Below, piece after piece: positions 63,201 through 64,000 of a stretch of DNA of 64,000 bases (its first letter is position 1; the number at the start of each line of letters is the position of its first letter). The DNA is from Moniliella sp. 'wahieum' (Eukaryota), in assembly GCA_003971905.1 (NCBI GenBank), contig RSEE01000008.1, positions 620,001-684,000 of the forward strand, given 5' to 3'. Under the pieces are notes generated by a model. It searched no databases. It had not been told where the DNA came from and saw only the letters and a program-made list of their open reading frames with translations. A program made the translations under genes and the position numbers.

Positions 63201-64000
63201 TCTTCCTGGTGTTTCTGGAGTTTATGCTTACGTCGATGGGTTTGCACCCCGCAGCCGTCCATTTGGGCGGGAACGAGTTCAGTAAAGTCACGAATAATGT
63301 GAATCGATCGTTGGCGGTGAGCCGTCTTCGGCTCCGTACGCAGTTCAGCAATTCGCTCATTTAGCAACTTTTGTTGGACCTGGTCCGGACCTAGAACGAA
63401 TTACAATGTTAGTACTTTATTATCCGGATCGATCATGAGAGAAGACGTACTGTGGCATTGGCCCATCAAGCATCTGTGTGTGCCTTCGTGGCCAAACTTG
63501 CTCTCGCCGTAGGCGCCCAAATGAGCATGCTCTCCTGCCTCTTTGGCAGCGGCGAAATTACCCTCCTTCATGGCACGTTCTTGATCTGCTTTGATCTGAA
63601 GTTCAATCTCTCTCCGCGTAGGAGTGCGGCGGAAGTAATTGGATGCAGGCCACTCCAGAACCTTCTCGCTACGAGCGCGAGCGGACCGCAACTCGGGTAC
63701 TCGGCCAATGCGTGAGCCCAATTCCACGTAATCCCGCATGTCCCCCAACCACTCGAATCGCCTTGCGACTCGTCTGGACCATCTTGCAGGAATACCGCCG
63801 CAGCCGAGTCGTCATTAAAATCATCGGCTTTGTCCCCCACATTGCAGCCCAGTGGGCCGCCCGACCGAGGTCGAGAATCCTGGCCGCACAGACCCGCATC
63901 TCTCCCCCTCGGCAATCAACCTCAGCAGCACTAATGGGCTTGTGGAGTCCAGTCTGGGTTTTTCCGGCAGCGTTCTTGAAAAACGTTTCTTGCTGCCGCT
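60296..64000 (-). CDS. FMP27: Bridge-like lipid transfer protein BLTP2/FMP27 (Hob/KIAA0100) family, C-terminal part with Apt1 domain
   Basis: ILLRYY, LRPQIILRS, ADADQFGAIY...LLLYSDP...RLKTLLLAFDF, PVGGIDIVDRFEVDIHPLNVQLE..IG..I.EYVFP, MRERAARNRTFVYVRIPKTLVCLSYRG. The gene continues beyond the window end; the stop position is approximate. Confidence 0.85.

Overview
Eukaryotic, GC-rich fungal DNA, most likely a basidiomycete (GTRNGT...CTRAC...YAG introns, fungal gene set). Almost every conserved gene has 1-nt frameshifts, often at homopolymers, which points to an unpolished long-read assembly rather than mass pseudogenisation. Recognisable genes in order: neurofibromin/IRA-type RasGAP 3' end, a divergent Arl1-like GTPase, an S10 serine carboxypeptidase, a Ser-rich single-pass membrane protein, NAD-dependent glycerol-3-phosphate dehydrogenase, an STL1-like glycerol/sugar porter, tripeptidyl peptidase II, an intron-containing tRNA-Gly(GCC), a fructosyl-amino-acid-oxidase-like flavoenzyme divergent from an UNC-93-like MFS transporter, a Sec7-PH (Syt1-like) GEF, a Nup159-C-terminus-like protein, a DUSP-USP deubiquitinase and the 3' part of an FMP27/BLTP2 lipid-transfer gene. 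Mobile and repeat content: a nested pair of solo LTRs with TSDs, a second copy of the 183-bp LTR, an inverted relic of an RLE (CRE-like) non-LTR retrotransposon, a Helentron/HINE-like element and a 491-nt purine-only GAA tract. The most unusual signal is a recurring intergenic pattern: 7-nt-period tandem units made of many different A-nnnn-T hexamer palindromes joined by one spacer base. All protein identifications are from motif recall, not database searches.
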